DNA of 64,000 nucleotides from Patescibacteria group bacterium (GTDB lineage Bacteria > Patescibacteriota > Patescibacteriia > S139-126 > S139-133): assembly GCA_049604715.1 (NCBI GenBank), contig JBMYTV010000002.1:56455-120454 (forward strand), given 5' to 3'. The translations under genes were made by a program, and so were the position numbers. Of the stretch, positions 18,121 through 26,618 are shown one piece after another; positions within the stretch are counted from its first letter, which is position 1; every line of letters starts with the position of its first letter. The notes beneath the pieces are model-generated. The model saw only the letters and a program-made list of their open reading frames with translations, searched no databases and had not been told where the DNA came from.

Positions 18121-18474
18121 TCACCTTGCGTTCTTAGCGCCCTTTAGAGTGATAAAAACCCTCATGCCGGCTTTGCGGAACACTTTTTTGATCATGTCAG
18201 CATGTTCACTCTTTTGATCTCTCGTCATGACCAAAAATGGATTCATCTTACTAACCTTTTGCAGAACCAGAATCTGTCCGGCAAGTGAACTGTTGATAAC
18301 AGCTTCGCTGATATCAACAATGATGCGACTACGCTCGTTCCATTGCTGATACGATTTCGCAGCATCACTCAACGTAGTAGTTGCACCAGCAACATTACCA
18401 CTGACTTTCCATACAGCCATCTTCCCGTTCTTTGTATTAATGCTACTCTTCTTAAGTCTAAACGGATTAGGCAT
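18121..18474 (-). CDS. STAS-like (anti-sigma factor antagonist-like) basic protein
   Basis: 117 aa; VWKVSG...IIVDISEAVINSSLAGQIL resembles STAS v-l-D-l-s-x-v-x-x-i-D-S-s-g-l; GGAGG SD. Confidence 0.65.
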   Translation of the reverse strand: MPNPFRLKKSSINTKNGKMAVWKVSGNVAGATTTLSDAAKSYQQWNERSRIIVDISEAVINSSLAGQILVLQKVSKMNPFLVMTRDQKSEHADMIKKVFRKAGMRVFITLKGAKNAR

Positions 18475-18492
18475 TACATCCCTCCAGATGGT

Positions 18493-18855
18493 TTATGCCG
18501 CTATTGCGGCGTCACGATTATAGACCACTGAATAACCGGACATACTAAGCATGGTTACTATGGCCTTTGATTTAGCATATTGCTTGCGGTCAAGCTGGAG
18601 CCGGATTGGGTATTTTACAATCCGCTTACGAATGGAGACAAGGGCCCAGAGAAGAACACTATTGATAGTTGCACCAGAAATGTCAAACGCAATTACCTTA
18701 TGATCACTCCAGAACTTATACTCACCCGCACGTTGCTTGAGAACGTCGGCATCATTTACCTTAACTCCGCGCTTCATACGCTCTTTAAATATTTTCCCGT
18801 ATATTTTCCATACGAGAACCTGTGACCCACTATAGGTCTCTGGTTTTACTCTCAT
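18493..18855 (-). CDS. STAS-like basic protein, paralog of 18121-18474
   Basis: 120 aa; VWKIYG...IAFDISGATINSVLLWALV...VVYNRDAAI. Confidence 0.65.
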   Translation of the reverse strand: MRVKPETYSGSQVLVWKIYGKIFKERMKRGVKVNDADVLKQRAGEYKFWSDHKVIAFDISGATINSVLLWALVSIRKRIVKYPIRLQLDRKQYAKSKAIVTMLSMSGYSVVYNRDAAIAA

Positions 18856-18876
18856 ACAAGATTCCCTTCTTGTTTG

Positions 18877-19371
18877 TTAGAATTTGAGATGGATTTTTAG
18901 CGCTCTGTTGGTAGTTGCCTGAATTTCAGTAACCGGCTCATCAGCATCTACCCACTCAATCCTCCGCATAGGCAATCGAACAATGTACTTATTGCCAATG
19001 AAAACAAAAATATAGTCCAGAAAACAGGCATCTTTTACCACACGAAGAACCATTCCTTTGGTTAACTCGATTGGAACTTCAAGTTCCTTAAACACCGGCT
19101 TCCGTTGCCTACCAGGAAATGCCATTCTTTCTGCCGCACGAACTGCACTCATATCACCGAGCTTGCTAAAATCAACAACCTCGCTAACATATGCCCAGGA
19201 ATTAAAGGCGCTGGTTATATTAATAGCACCAATTCTACTCGGCGATGTGATACGAATCTTAGTAGAACGAGCGGTTCGTTTTTTTGAATCTGACTTTCTC
19301 CTCCTTCCTTTACCTTTTTTCTTTTCTTCACCATTTTCTTTCTTTTTGCCTGGTCTAATCAGCTTTGCCAT
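18877..19371 (-). CDS. ORFan with polybasic N-terminus and possible SH3-like C-terminal domain
   Basis: Start moved to ATG 19371 (GAGGG SD; promoter lies inside the longer ORF); 164 aa, MAKLIRPGKKK...GKGRRRKSDSKKR. Confidence 0.75.
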   Translation of the reverse strand: MAKLIRPGKKKENGEEKKKGKGRRRKSDSKKRTARSTKIRITSPSRIGAINITSAFNSWAYVSEVVDFSKLGDMSAVRAAERMAFPGRQRKPVFKELEVPIELTKGMVLRVVKDACFLDYIFVFIGNKYIVRLPMRRIEWVDADEPVTEIQATTNRALKIHLKF

Positions 19372-19473
19372 AGCACCCTCGCTGTAGTTAGTGAATGTGA
19401 ATTGGATTAAATCAACTAGATATAGATATGAGTTATAAAAGATCAAAAAAATTAAACCTAAAAGGTTTAATAA

Positions 19474-19502
19474 TAAATACCAATTTTCTCTCATTTTGTC
19501 AA
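19474..19502 (-). promoter_or_regulatory. Sigma70-type promoter of 18121-19371 operon
   Basis: TTGACA-17 nt-TATTTA directly after ftsW stop; boxA-like GATCTTTTATAAC at 19432-19444. Confidence 0.6.
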
Positions 19503-20675
19503 CTACTGTTTCATCTGCCGAGAAATACTCAAAACCAAGCCTATACTGCTCAGGTTAATAGCCAGTGCTGTTGATCCATAAGATACAAGTGGCCATGGCA
19601 CACCAGTAAGCGGAAGAAGGCCAACCATAGCACCGATATTAACAATTGTCTGCCACCCAAGCCAGGCTACTATACCTATAGCCAGAAGCGATGCATAGGT
19701 ATGTGGTACTTTTCCAGCCACTTGAAATCCACGTATAAAATAGTAAACAAACAAACCAACTATAATGAGTGTAAACAAAAATCCAAGCTCTTCTGCCATC
19801 ACAGCGAAAATTGAATCGCCATACACTTCAGGCAAATATTGGAACTTTTGCCTTGAATGCCCAAGTCCCTTACCAAAAAAACCTCCAGAGCCAATAGCAA
19901 GCAAAGCTTGATTAATATGATACCCAAGTCCTTGTGGATCAAGTTCTGGATTGAGAAATGTTGTTAAGCGCGCTGCACGGTATGGAGCTGCCTTAATAAG
20001 TAACCACACAGCTGTCATCCCTCCAACTCCAAGCAATGCCAGATGACCAAGATGACCACCAGCCACAAAGTACATTGTCAGAGCAATAAGCACAAAAATT
20101 CCCATAGTGCCCATGTCAGGTTGCAAAATAAGTAGACCCCCAACAACACAAAGCACAATCACAAATGGGATAAAAGTTGTTTTGAAATCTTTTATATAGT
20201 CTTTCTGCTTTGTTAGCCATGCAGCTAAATATAGCACAAACGTGAACTTCACAACCTCTGATGGCTGAAAAGAAAGTGGTCCCAAGTTCAGCCAACGACT
20301 TGCACCAAGACGCGTATCACCAAATTGCGGGATCAGTACTAGGATGAGAAGTACAAGAGAAAATAAAAAAATGTGAAACGACCACTTTTGTAGCCATTCT
20401 ATCGAAATGTTATACAGCACAATAGCACCAACAACCCCCAAAAATACTCCTTGCATGAGTTGTTGCTTTAAAAAGAAATAACTATCATCAAACTGCCGCA
20501 AAGCCACAACAGATGAAGCTGATGTCAAGATCATAAGTCCTAGCAGAAGCAGTAAAAACGTCATACCAAGTAACACATAATCAGGGTGAGTATGTTTTTC
20601 TTTTGATATAAACTTTACTATCCACTTTTGTAGTGGCGCAAAAAGAGAGCGTTTTTTCCTACGTTTTTGTTTCAT
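19503..20675 (-). CDS. ftsW: SEDS peptidoglycan polymerase FtsW
   Basis: GASRW, FQPSE, QPDMGT, GSGG..GKG, EELG, PLTGVP.PLVSYG; follows murD. Confidence 0.92.
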   Translation of the reverse strand: MKQKRRKKRSLFAPLQKWIVKFISKEKHTHPDYVLLGMTFLLLLLGLMILTSASSVVALRQFDDSYFFLKQQLMQGVFLGVVGAIVLYNISIEWLQKWSFHIFLFSLVLLILVLIPQFGDTRLGASRWLNLGPLSFQPSEVVKFTFVLYLAAWLTKQKDYIKDFKTTFIPFVIVLCVVGGLLILQPDMGTMGIFVLIALTMYFVAGGHLGHLALLGVGGMTAVWLLIKAAPYRAARLTTFLNPELDPQGLGYHINQALLAIGSGGFFGKGLGHSRQKFQYLPEVYGDSIFAVMAEELGFLFTLIIVGLFVYYFIRGFQVAGKVPHTYASLLAIGIVAWLGWQTIVNIGAMVGLLPLTGVPWPLVSYGSTALAINLSSIGLVLSISRQMKQ

Positions 20676-20689
20676 GGGGAATAAAAATT

Positions 20690-22108
20690 TTAGAGTGCGC
20701 GTACTGCTTTTTCAAAAAAATCTCCGCGCTCAAATTCATGTGTAAAACTTGCAAAACTAGAAAATCCAGGGGACAACAACACAACTCCCTTTTCTGGTGT
20801 TTTTTCCAGTGCAAGCGCTACAGCCTCATCCATAGTTGGAGTATGAGCATATGCTGCATAAGCTCTATCATGAAGTGCTTTTTCTAGCATAGCACTACCC
20901 TCACCGGGCAGAAGAGCTACAAACAATGCTTTTTTAACAATAGTATCTGCAAAATCATCAACAGGAAGTTTTTTGTCAAAGCCACCGGCAATGAGAAATG
21001 ACTTTTCATCAAATGCCTCTAACGCGAACTGAGCTGCGTCTGGTGCTGTAGCAGTTGTATCGTTGTACCATATACGTTTCTGAAATTCTCCAACACATTG
21101 CATACGTGCCGGCAGTGCTTTATAGGATCGTATAGCTTTGACTATTTGCTCTTTTGTAACATCAAAAAGCCGAGCTACAAGCGCTGCAGCTGCAGCATTT
21201 GCTCGGTTATGCTCACCTACAAGTGGTATGTCTTCTGCATGAAGAATGGTCTTTTCTTCTCCATCTAATACTTCTCTAAGCTCGTCATCAAGCCAATACA
21301 CCCCCTTTTCAACAGACTTTCTTGTAGAAAATGCTAATTTTTGTGCTTTGTTAGTATCAGCCAGAGTAGCCGCGTACTCATTGTCAGCATTATAAACAAA
21401 AACATCATCAGTTGATTGATACTTTTCTATAACAGACTTTGCTGCTATATAATTCTCCATTGTCTTATGCCTGTTCAGATGTTCAGGAAAAATGTTAGTC
21501 AGCACACCAACATGTGGACTTCTGTGGATAGCATCCATATCTTCAAGTTGCCAAGATGAAAGCTCAAGAACAACAAACGGAATAGTTGGATCTTCATTCA
21601 CAACATCAATGATCTCAAACATTGGTGTGATCTTGATATTGCCCGCCACTGGCACTGTTGGATAAGTAGTATGTATCATATCCCCCAGCATAGATGTTGT
21701 TGTGGACTTGCCCTTACTACCCGTAATACCAATGATCGGCTTCTCACAAAGTAAAAAAAATAGACTTGCCTCATTGTAAACAGGCACATCATGAGCTTTT
21801 GCATGTAAAATGTACGGCGAGTCAACTGGTACATCTGGATTTTTAATAACCAGATCTGTATTTTCGAAATCTTCCTCCCGATGCTCACCAAAAACATATA
21901 TGAGTTTACTTGCAGCGCCGAGCTGCTCAGCAACTACTTCTAATTTTTCTATAGATGGCTTAAGCTGATCTGATGTTTTAAGGTCAGTAACAACAACGTG
22001 CTTAGCGTGCTGCAATAACCACTGCGTCACAGACAAACCACCGCCATGAAGTCCAAGTCCCATGACGGTTACTGTTTTATCTTTTATATACTGATCAAGT
22101 GGATTCAT
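20690..22108 (-). CDS. murD: UDP-N-acetylmuramoyl-L-alanine--D-glutamate ligase
   Basis: MGLGLHGGG, ITGSKGKSTT, ELSSWQL, YNDTTAT, LLSPG..SF..F..EFERG. Confidence 0.93.
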   Translation of the reverse strand: MNPLDQYIKDKTVTVMGLGLHGGGLSVTQWLLQHAKHVVVTDLKTSDQLKPSIEKLEVVAEQLGAASKLIYVFGEHREEDFENTDLVIKNPDVPVDSPYILHAKAHDVPVYNEASLFFLLCEKPIIGITGSKGKSTTTSMLGDMIHTTYPTVPVAGNIKITPMFEIIDVVNEDPTIPFVVLELSSWQLEDMDAIHRSPHVGVLTNIFPEHLNRHKTMENYIAAKSVIEKYQSTDDVFVYNADNEYAATLADTNKAQKLAFSTRKSVEKGVYWLDDELREVLDGEEKTILHAEDIPLVGEHNRANAAAAALVARLFDVTKEQIVKAIRSYKALPARMQCVGEFQKRIWYNDTTATAPDAAQFALEAFDEKSFLIAGGFDKKLPVDDFADTIVKKALFVALLPGEGSAMLEKALHDRAYAAYAHTPTMDEAVALALEKTPEKGVVLLSPGFSSFASFTHEFERGDFFEKAVRAL

Positions 22109-22881
22109 ACAATAGTTGCCAAAAATGCACCAACGCCATACGCAATTACTGCTGCAATACCACCAACAAAGAGCATTTCAAAACCTGCTCTAAACCAATG
22201 GTAATCAACCAAGCGAGTGCGTAGTGCTCCGACAGTAAATAGCGCAGCAAATGTCATACCAATAGACCACGAAAAGCCATTTTCCTGTATACCTGGAATA
22301 AAGTATGGTATGAGAGGTAAAAAGCCAGCAATAATAAACGATACCCATGTGACTATTCCATGACGAATTGGAGTAGAGTCGGTCTCTTCAATAACACCAA
22401 GTTCGTCCTTGAGCATAGTATCTACCCATACTTTTTTATCACTAGTAATAACCTCTACCACGCGATCTAGGTCTGGTCCAGTAAATCCTTTTTTTGCAAA
22501 AATTTCACGCACCTCTGCCTTTTCTTTTTCAGGCACATGCTCTATCTCCCAGAGTTCTTTTTTCTTAAGCTGTCTGATAAAACTTTCTTCTGATTTCTGA
22601 CCCAAATAATTTCCAAGCCCCATACTTGCTGCATCTGCCAAAAGACTAGCAACACCGAGCACAATCACAATATTGGCTGAGAGCTCAGCGCCAGCAATAC
22701 CTGCCACAACAGCAAATGTGGTTATAATACCGTCATTTGCAGCAAAAACAGCGTCAGCTAAATACTGACCCTTTTCTTGATTGTGCCAATCTACGACAAC
22801 ATCCGGATCTGCAGGATCCTTGCCATTTGCCTTGCGTTTCCATTCTTTTGCTAGTCGCCTTCTTTCTTCTGGTGTAAACAT
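22105..22881 (-). CDS. VIT1/CCC1 family Fe/Mn transporter
   Basis: AANDGIITTF, ADAASMGLGNY, Glu-rich metal-binding domain; leaderless (TATAAT-6 nt-ATG). Confidence 0.9.
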   Translation of the reverse strand: MFTPEERRRLAKEWKRKANGKDPADPDVVVDWHNQEKGQYLADAVFAANDGIITTFAVVAGIAGAELSANIVIVLGVASLLADAASMGLGNYLGQKSEESFIRQLKKKELWEIEHVPEKEKAEVREIFAKKGFTGPDLDRVVEVITSDKKVWVDTMLKDELGVIEETDSTPIRHGIVTWVSFIIAGFLPLIPYFIPGIQENGFSWSIGMTFAALFTVGALRTRLVDYHWFRAGFEMLFVGGIAAVIAYGVGAFLATIV

Positions 22882-22903
22882 ATGGTAATTATATCACGAA
22901 ATA

Positions 22904-23284
22904 TTATGTGTGTAATCTTGAAAAAAACTGCTTAGCAGAAGCAACATCCGCAGATATTTCCTGTATTAACTCCTGCTCTGAACTCATGTCCTTTGTTGTT
23001 CTGTGTAGTTCAAGTAATTCTACATTATAACTACCAGCACCATACGCATCATCCCAATCAAGTATATGCACTTCTACAGTTGCCTTAATTTGATTGAACA
23101 AAGTACTTGGACCAATATGCGTGATACTTGGTATGCTTTTGTGCATTTTTGTATTGCAATAGGAAAACCAGACTCCATATAAGTCTGGTGAAATATTTTG
23201 TGTATCAAGATTGATAGTTGGAAATCCAAGTCGTGTACCGTCACCTCTTCCTACGACTTGTATTCCAGAAATTGTCACAGACAT
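22904..23284 (-). CDS. Stand-alone riboflavin kinase domain
   Basis: G..V.G.G.G..LGFPTIN, VEVHILD; lacks FAD synthetase domain. Confidence 0.8.
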   Translation of the reverse strand: MSVTISGIQVVGRGDGTRLGFPTINLDTQNISPDLYGVWFSYCNTKMHKSIPSITHIGPSTLFNQIKATVEVHILDWDDAYGAGSYNVELLELHRTTKDMSSEQELIQEISADVASAKQFFSRLHT

Positions 23285-23285
23285 A

Positions 23286-24338
23286 CTAACCAGTGATACC
23301 TAGGTCAAGTAAAAATAAAATAAGACCAAGTGTTACACCAACGCCTGATATTACCCAAAATCGCATAACAACCTTTGGCTCTGACCACCCAAGCGCTTCA
23401 AAGTGGTGATGAATTGGCGCTGATAAAAATACCTTTTTTCTACGAAACTTCTTTGATAGCACCTGAATAATAACAGACAACGACTCTACAACCAGCACAA
23501 GTCCGATGATCGGCAAGAAAAAGAGCGTGTCCGTCAACATAGCAATAATACCAAGCGTAATACCAAGACTCATAGATCCGGTATCTCCCATAAAAAACCG
23601 CGCCGGGTTGATATTGAACCACAAAAACGCTAGTAAACTACCAGCAATAACACCGCAAAGTGTTGCCAGATCATAGTTCCCTTGAATAAATGCAATAGCG
23701 CCATACGCCCCAAACATAGACATCATCACGCCCCCAGCCAAGCCATCAAGTCCATCTGTCTCGTTCACGGAAAAACTCGTAGCAACTATAACAAAGATAA
23801 AAAGTGGGATATACCACCACCCAAGAGTGAAGTCTCCAAAAAAAGGAACATGGATAGTATCAAAACCAAGCTTTACATAAAACCAGTATGCACCAACTAT
23901 AGCAATAACTGTATATAAACCAAGACGATAAGGGATGCTCAAACCTCCACCATCAACACCCTTGCCTGTAACAGTAAAATAATCATCAACAAGCCCAACT
24001 GCAGCACCCAAAAGCATTGCGCCAAGTGGGAGCCAGGTTTCTGATCGAGATACAAAATTAAAAAATCCAAGCCACTCAGTTTCCCATACTCTCCAAGAAA
24101 CAAACAGCACAGCAGCAAGTACAAATACGGTTAACCAAACCAAAACACCTCCCATTGTTGGGGTGCCTGACTTTTTTGAATGAAGTTTAGAAAAAATTGG
24201 TGTTTTCGCACTTGAACGAATGTTTTTGCCAAGCTTATACTTGTACAAAAAATGAGACAGGACAGGTGTCCAGCTCATAGCTAAGATAAATGATAATGCT
24301 GTCAGTGTACCGATTTTAACTAATGCCAAATGTTCCAT
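23286..24338 (-). CDS. mraY: Phospho-N-acetylmuramoyl-pentapeptide transferase
   Basis: KSGTPTMGG, DD, NETDGLDGL, FMGDTGS, APIHHHFE. Confidence 0.96.
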   Translation of the reverse strand: MEHLALVKIGTLTALSFILAMSWTPVLSHFLYKYKLGKNIRSSAKTPIFSKLHSKKSGTPTMGGVLVWLTVFVLAAVLFVSWRVWETEWLGFFNFVSRSETWLPLGAMLLGAAVGLVDDYFTVTGKGVDGGGLSIPYRLGLYTVIAIVGAYWFYVKLGFDTIHVPFFGDFTLGWWYIPLFIFVIVATSFSVNETDGLDGLAGGVMMSMFGAYGAIAFIQGNYDLATLCGVIAGSLLAFLWFNINPARFFMGDTGSMSLGITLGIIAMLTDTLFFLPIIGLVLVVESLSVIIQVLSKKFRRKKVFLSAPIHHHFEALGWSEPKVVMRFWVISGVGVTLGLILFLLDLGITG

Positions 24339-24341
24339 ATA

Positions 24342-24746
24342 CTACACCAAATAATATAATAATGCGCTTATTTGCATAAGCGTCAAAAGCTGCACTAATA
24401 CAGTAATATATACTACTATATAACTGTATAAACGTCGAGTGAAAAAAAGCTGAGACGCTAAGAAGAAATTGATTATAAAAATAACTGTTCCAAAAAAGGC
24501 ATATCTTAAGATAGACCACCACGGACCAACTCTATCAATACCAAAATAAACAGTATAATGCCACGGTATAATATTGTCTCCAAGTTCAGCTTGCGCACTC
24601 AAAAGCCAAAGCCCGATCATAAGTACAAACGAACCACCAATGCCAAACAAAAAAATACGATCACGCCACAGTACCTGACTCACTGCTTTTTTTAGAACTT
24701 TGCTTACAGAAAATTTCATACCTACCTTCATCCTAGCACAATGCAA
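24342..24746 (-). CDS. Hypothetical 3-TM membrane protein
   Basis: 134 aa; IPWHYTVYFGID loop; start may be a downstream ATG (24731 or 24719). Confidence 0.65.
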   Translation of the reverse strand: MHCARMKVGMKFSVSKVLKKAVSQVLWRDRIFLFGIGGSFVLMIGLWLLSAQAELGDNIIPWHYTVYFGIDRVGPWWSILRYAFFGTVIFIINFFLASQLFFTRRLYSYIVVYITVLVQLLTLMQISALLYYLV

Positions 24747-24827
24747 AAAAATTCTCTATGCACCAACTCTATTTAGTTGTTACTAAAATTTATGGTATAA
24801 TGAGCACATAACAAGCACTATTTCCCC

Positions 24828-26612
24828 ATGCTTGATGATAAACAAATAAAAGAAATTTTACTTGGTCTTAAACTTACAACCAAGGAAGAATTCCCTACAC
24901 TAGAAAAAGATGCGAAAAAAGCCAAGATGTCACTTGAGCAGTTTTTGTATAAGAAAAAAATTATCACAGAAGAGTCGCTCTATGAGATGTACGCAAAGCA
25001 ACTTGACGTACCGTTTGTTAACTTAAAAGAAATGCCTGTGCGCAAGGATATTTTGTTCACACTACCAGAACCACTTGCACAAACACACCAAACAGTAAGT
25101 TTTGATGCAACCGACGACCTAGTAAAGATCGCCACACTCAAACCAGACGACATTCAGATGGTAGACTTTTTGCAAAAAACTACTGACAAAAAGATTAAGG
25201 TCTACTTAACCACACCAAGTGCACTACAAGAATCTCTAAAGCAGTACCAAAAAAGTTTGGAAGCAGAATTTAAAGATATTACGAAAGTTGGTGATGATAC
25301 AGCTGAATTAACTGAAGCAGACCCAGAACAAGCTGCACAAGACGCAGCCAAGGGCGTATCTGGTGGAGACAAAGACCTACATGAACTTGCACAAGATCTA
25401 CCAGTTATCCGCATTGTCGATACACTTCTTGAATATGCAATATTTGAACAAGCATCAGACATTCATATCGAACCAATGGAGAAGAATGTTTTAGTTCGGT
25501 ATCGTATTGATGGTATCTTGCGAGATGTTATGACACTACCAAAATCTTCACAAACCGGTATTGTTGCTCGCATCAAGATTCTATCCAATCTAAAGCTAGA
25601 TGAACACAGGCTACCACAAGATGGTCGATTTAAAGTAGAAAAAGATAACTATAAAGTAGCATTTCGTGTTTCTATTATCCCTGTATATGATGGTGAGAAA
25701 ATTGTTATGCGTCTTTTGAATGAGTCAGGACAAGTACTAGGACTTGAAGATCTTGGATTCCAACCAAAGCCACTAGAACTAGTTAAAGCAAACGTAAAAA
25801 AGCCTCATGGTATGATCTTGGTAACAGGCCCAACTGGTAGCGGTAAAACAACCACGCTGTATACAGTTATGAATATTTTAAACTCTCCTGAAGTAAACAT
25901 TGCAACTGTAGAAGATCCGATTGAGTACCACATGCCTCGTATTAACCAAAGTCAAATCAACCCAAAAATTGACTTTACATTTGCGGCTGGTCTTCGAAGT
26001 CTACTTCGCCAAGACCCTGATATTATTATGGTTGGTGAGATTCGCGACCTTGAAACAGCAGAAATATCTATTCACGCTGCCATGACAGGACACTTGGTAT
26101 TATCTACCCTTCACACTAATAGCGCAGTTGCAACTATCCCCCGCTTACTTGATATGGGTATTGCTGCCTTTTTGGTGGCATCCACAACCAATATTATTAT
26201 TGCACAGCGCTTGGTGCGTAAAATCTGCCAAGACTGTATTACTAGCTACAACCTTACAGAAGAAATGATTAAAGACCTTGAAGCACAGTTTGATGTACCT
26301 GATGTTATGAATACGCTTGAGCGTGAAAAAATCATTAGCGATAAAAACACTCCAATTGATAAGCTGCTATTTTATCGCGGAAAAGGGTGTAAAAAGTGCG
26401 GAGAAACAGGCTATAAAGGACGAATAGGCATTTATGAAGTTCTAGAAGTTACTGACATTATCACCAAGCTCATTATGCAAAAAGCAGCAGTACCAGAACT
26501 ACGCCAGGCTTCTCTTGACCAAGGAATGCTTAGAATGATTGAGGATGGATTTATAAAAGCAAAGAACGGCGTTACAACAATTGAAGAAATTCTCCGCGTA
26601 TCTAAACAGTAG
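24828..26612 (+). CDS. pilB: Type IV pilus assembly ATPase PilB/GspE
   Basis: ASDIHIEP, GPTGSGKTT, LRQDPDIIMVGEIRD, tetracysteine motif. Confidence 0.93.
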   Translation: MLDDKQIKEILLGLKLTTKEEFPTLEKDAKKAKMSLEQFLYKKKIITEESLYEMYAKQLDVPFVNLKEMPVRKDILFTLPEPLAQTHQTVSFDATDDLVKIATLKPDDIQMVDFLQKTTDKKIKVYLTTPSALQESLKQYQKSLEAEFKDITKVGDDTAELTEADPEQAAQDAAKGVSGGDKDLHELAQDLPVIRIVDTLLEYAIFEQASDIHIEPMEKNVLVRYRIDGILRDVMTLPKSSQTGIVARIKILSNLKLDEHRLPQDGRFKVEKDNYKVAFRVSIIPVYDGEKIVMRLLNESGQVLGLEDLGFQPKPLELVKANVKKPHGMILVTGPTGSGKTTTLYTVMNILNSPEVNIATVEDPIEYHMPRINQSQINPKIDFTFAAGLRSLLRQDPDIIMVGEIRDLETAEISIHAAMTGHLVLSTLHTNSAVATIPRLLDMGIAAFLVASTTNIIIAQRLVRKICQDCITSYNLTEEMIKDLEAQFDVPDVMNTLEREKIISDKNTPIDKLLFYRGKGCKKCGETGYKGRIGIYEVLEVTDIITKLIMQKAAVPELRQASLDQGMLRMIEDGFIKAKNGVTTIEEILRVSKQ

Positions 26613-26618
26613 CCATTT

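Noticed and set aside
19372-19494. 41-aa hydrophobic N-terminal extension of the 18877 ORF
   Set aside because: Overlaps the promoter and leader; the SD lies before ATG 19371.
16167-19502. Prophage or plasmid remnant
   Set aside because: No integrase, terminase, capsid, replication gene or att repeat visible; the same cassette style is scattered at five other sites.
20640-20675. Polybasic N-terminus as exclusive marker of cassette proteins
   Set aside because: FtsW (MKQKRRKKR) and GrpE also start with basic runs, and AT-rich DNA favours Lys; used only as supporting evidence.
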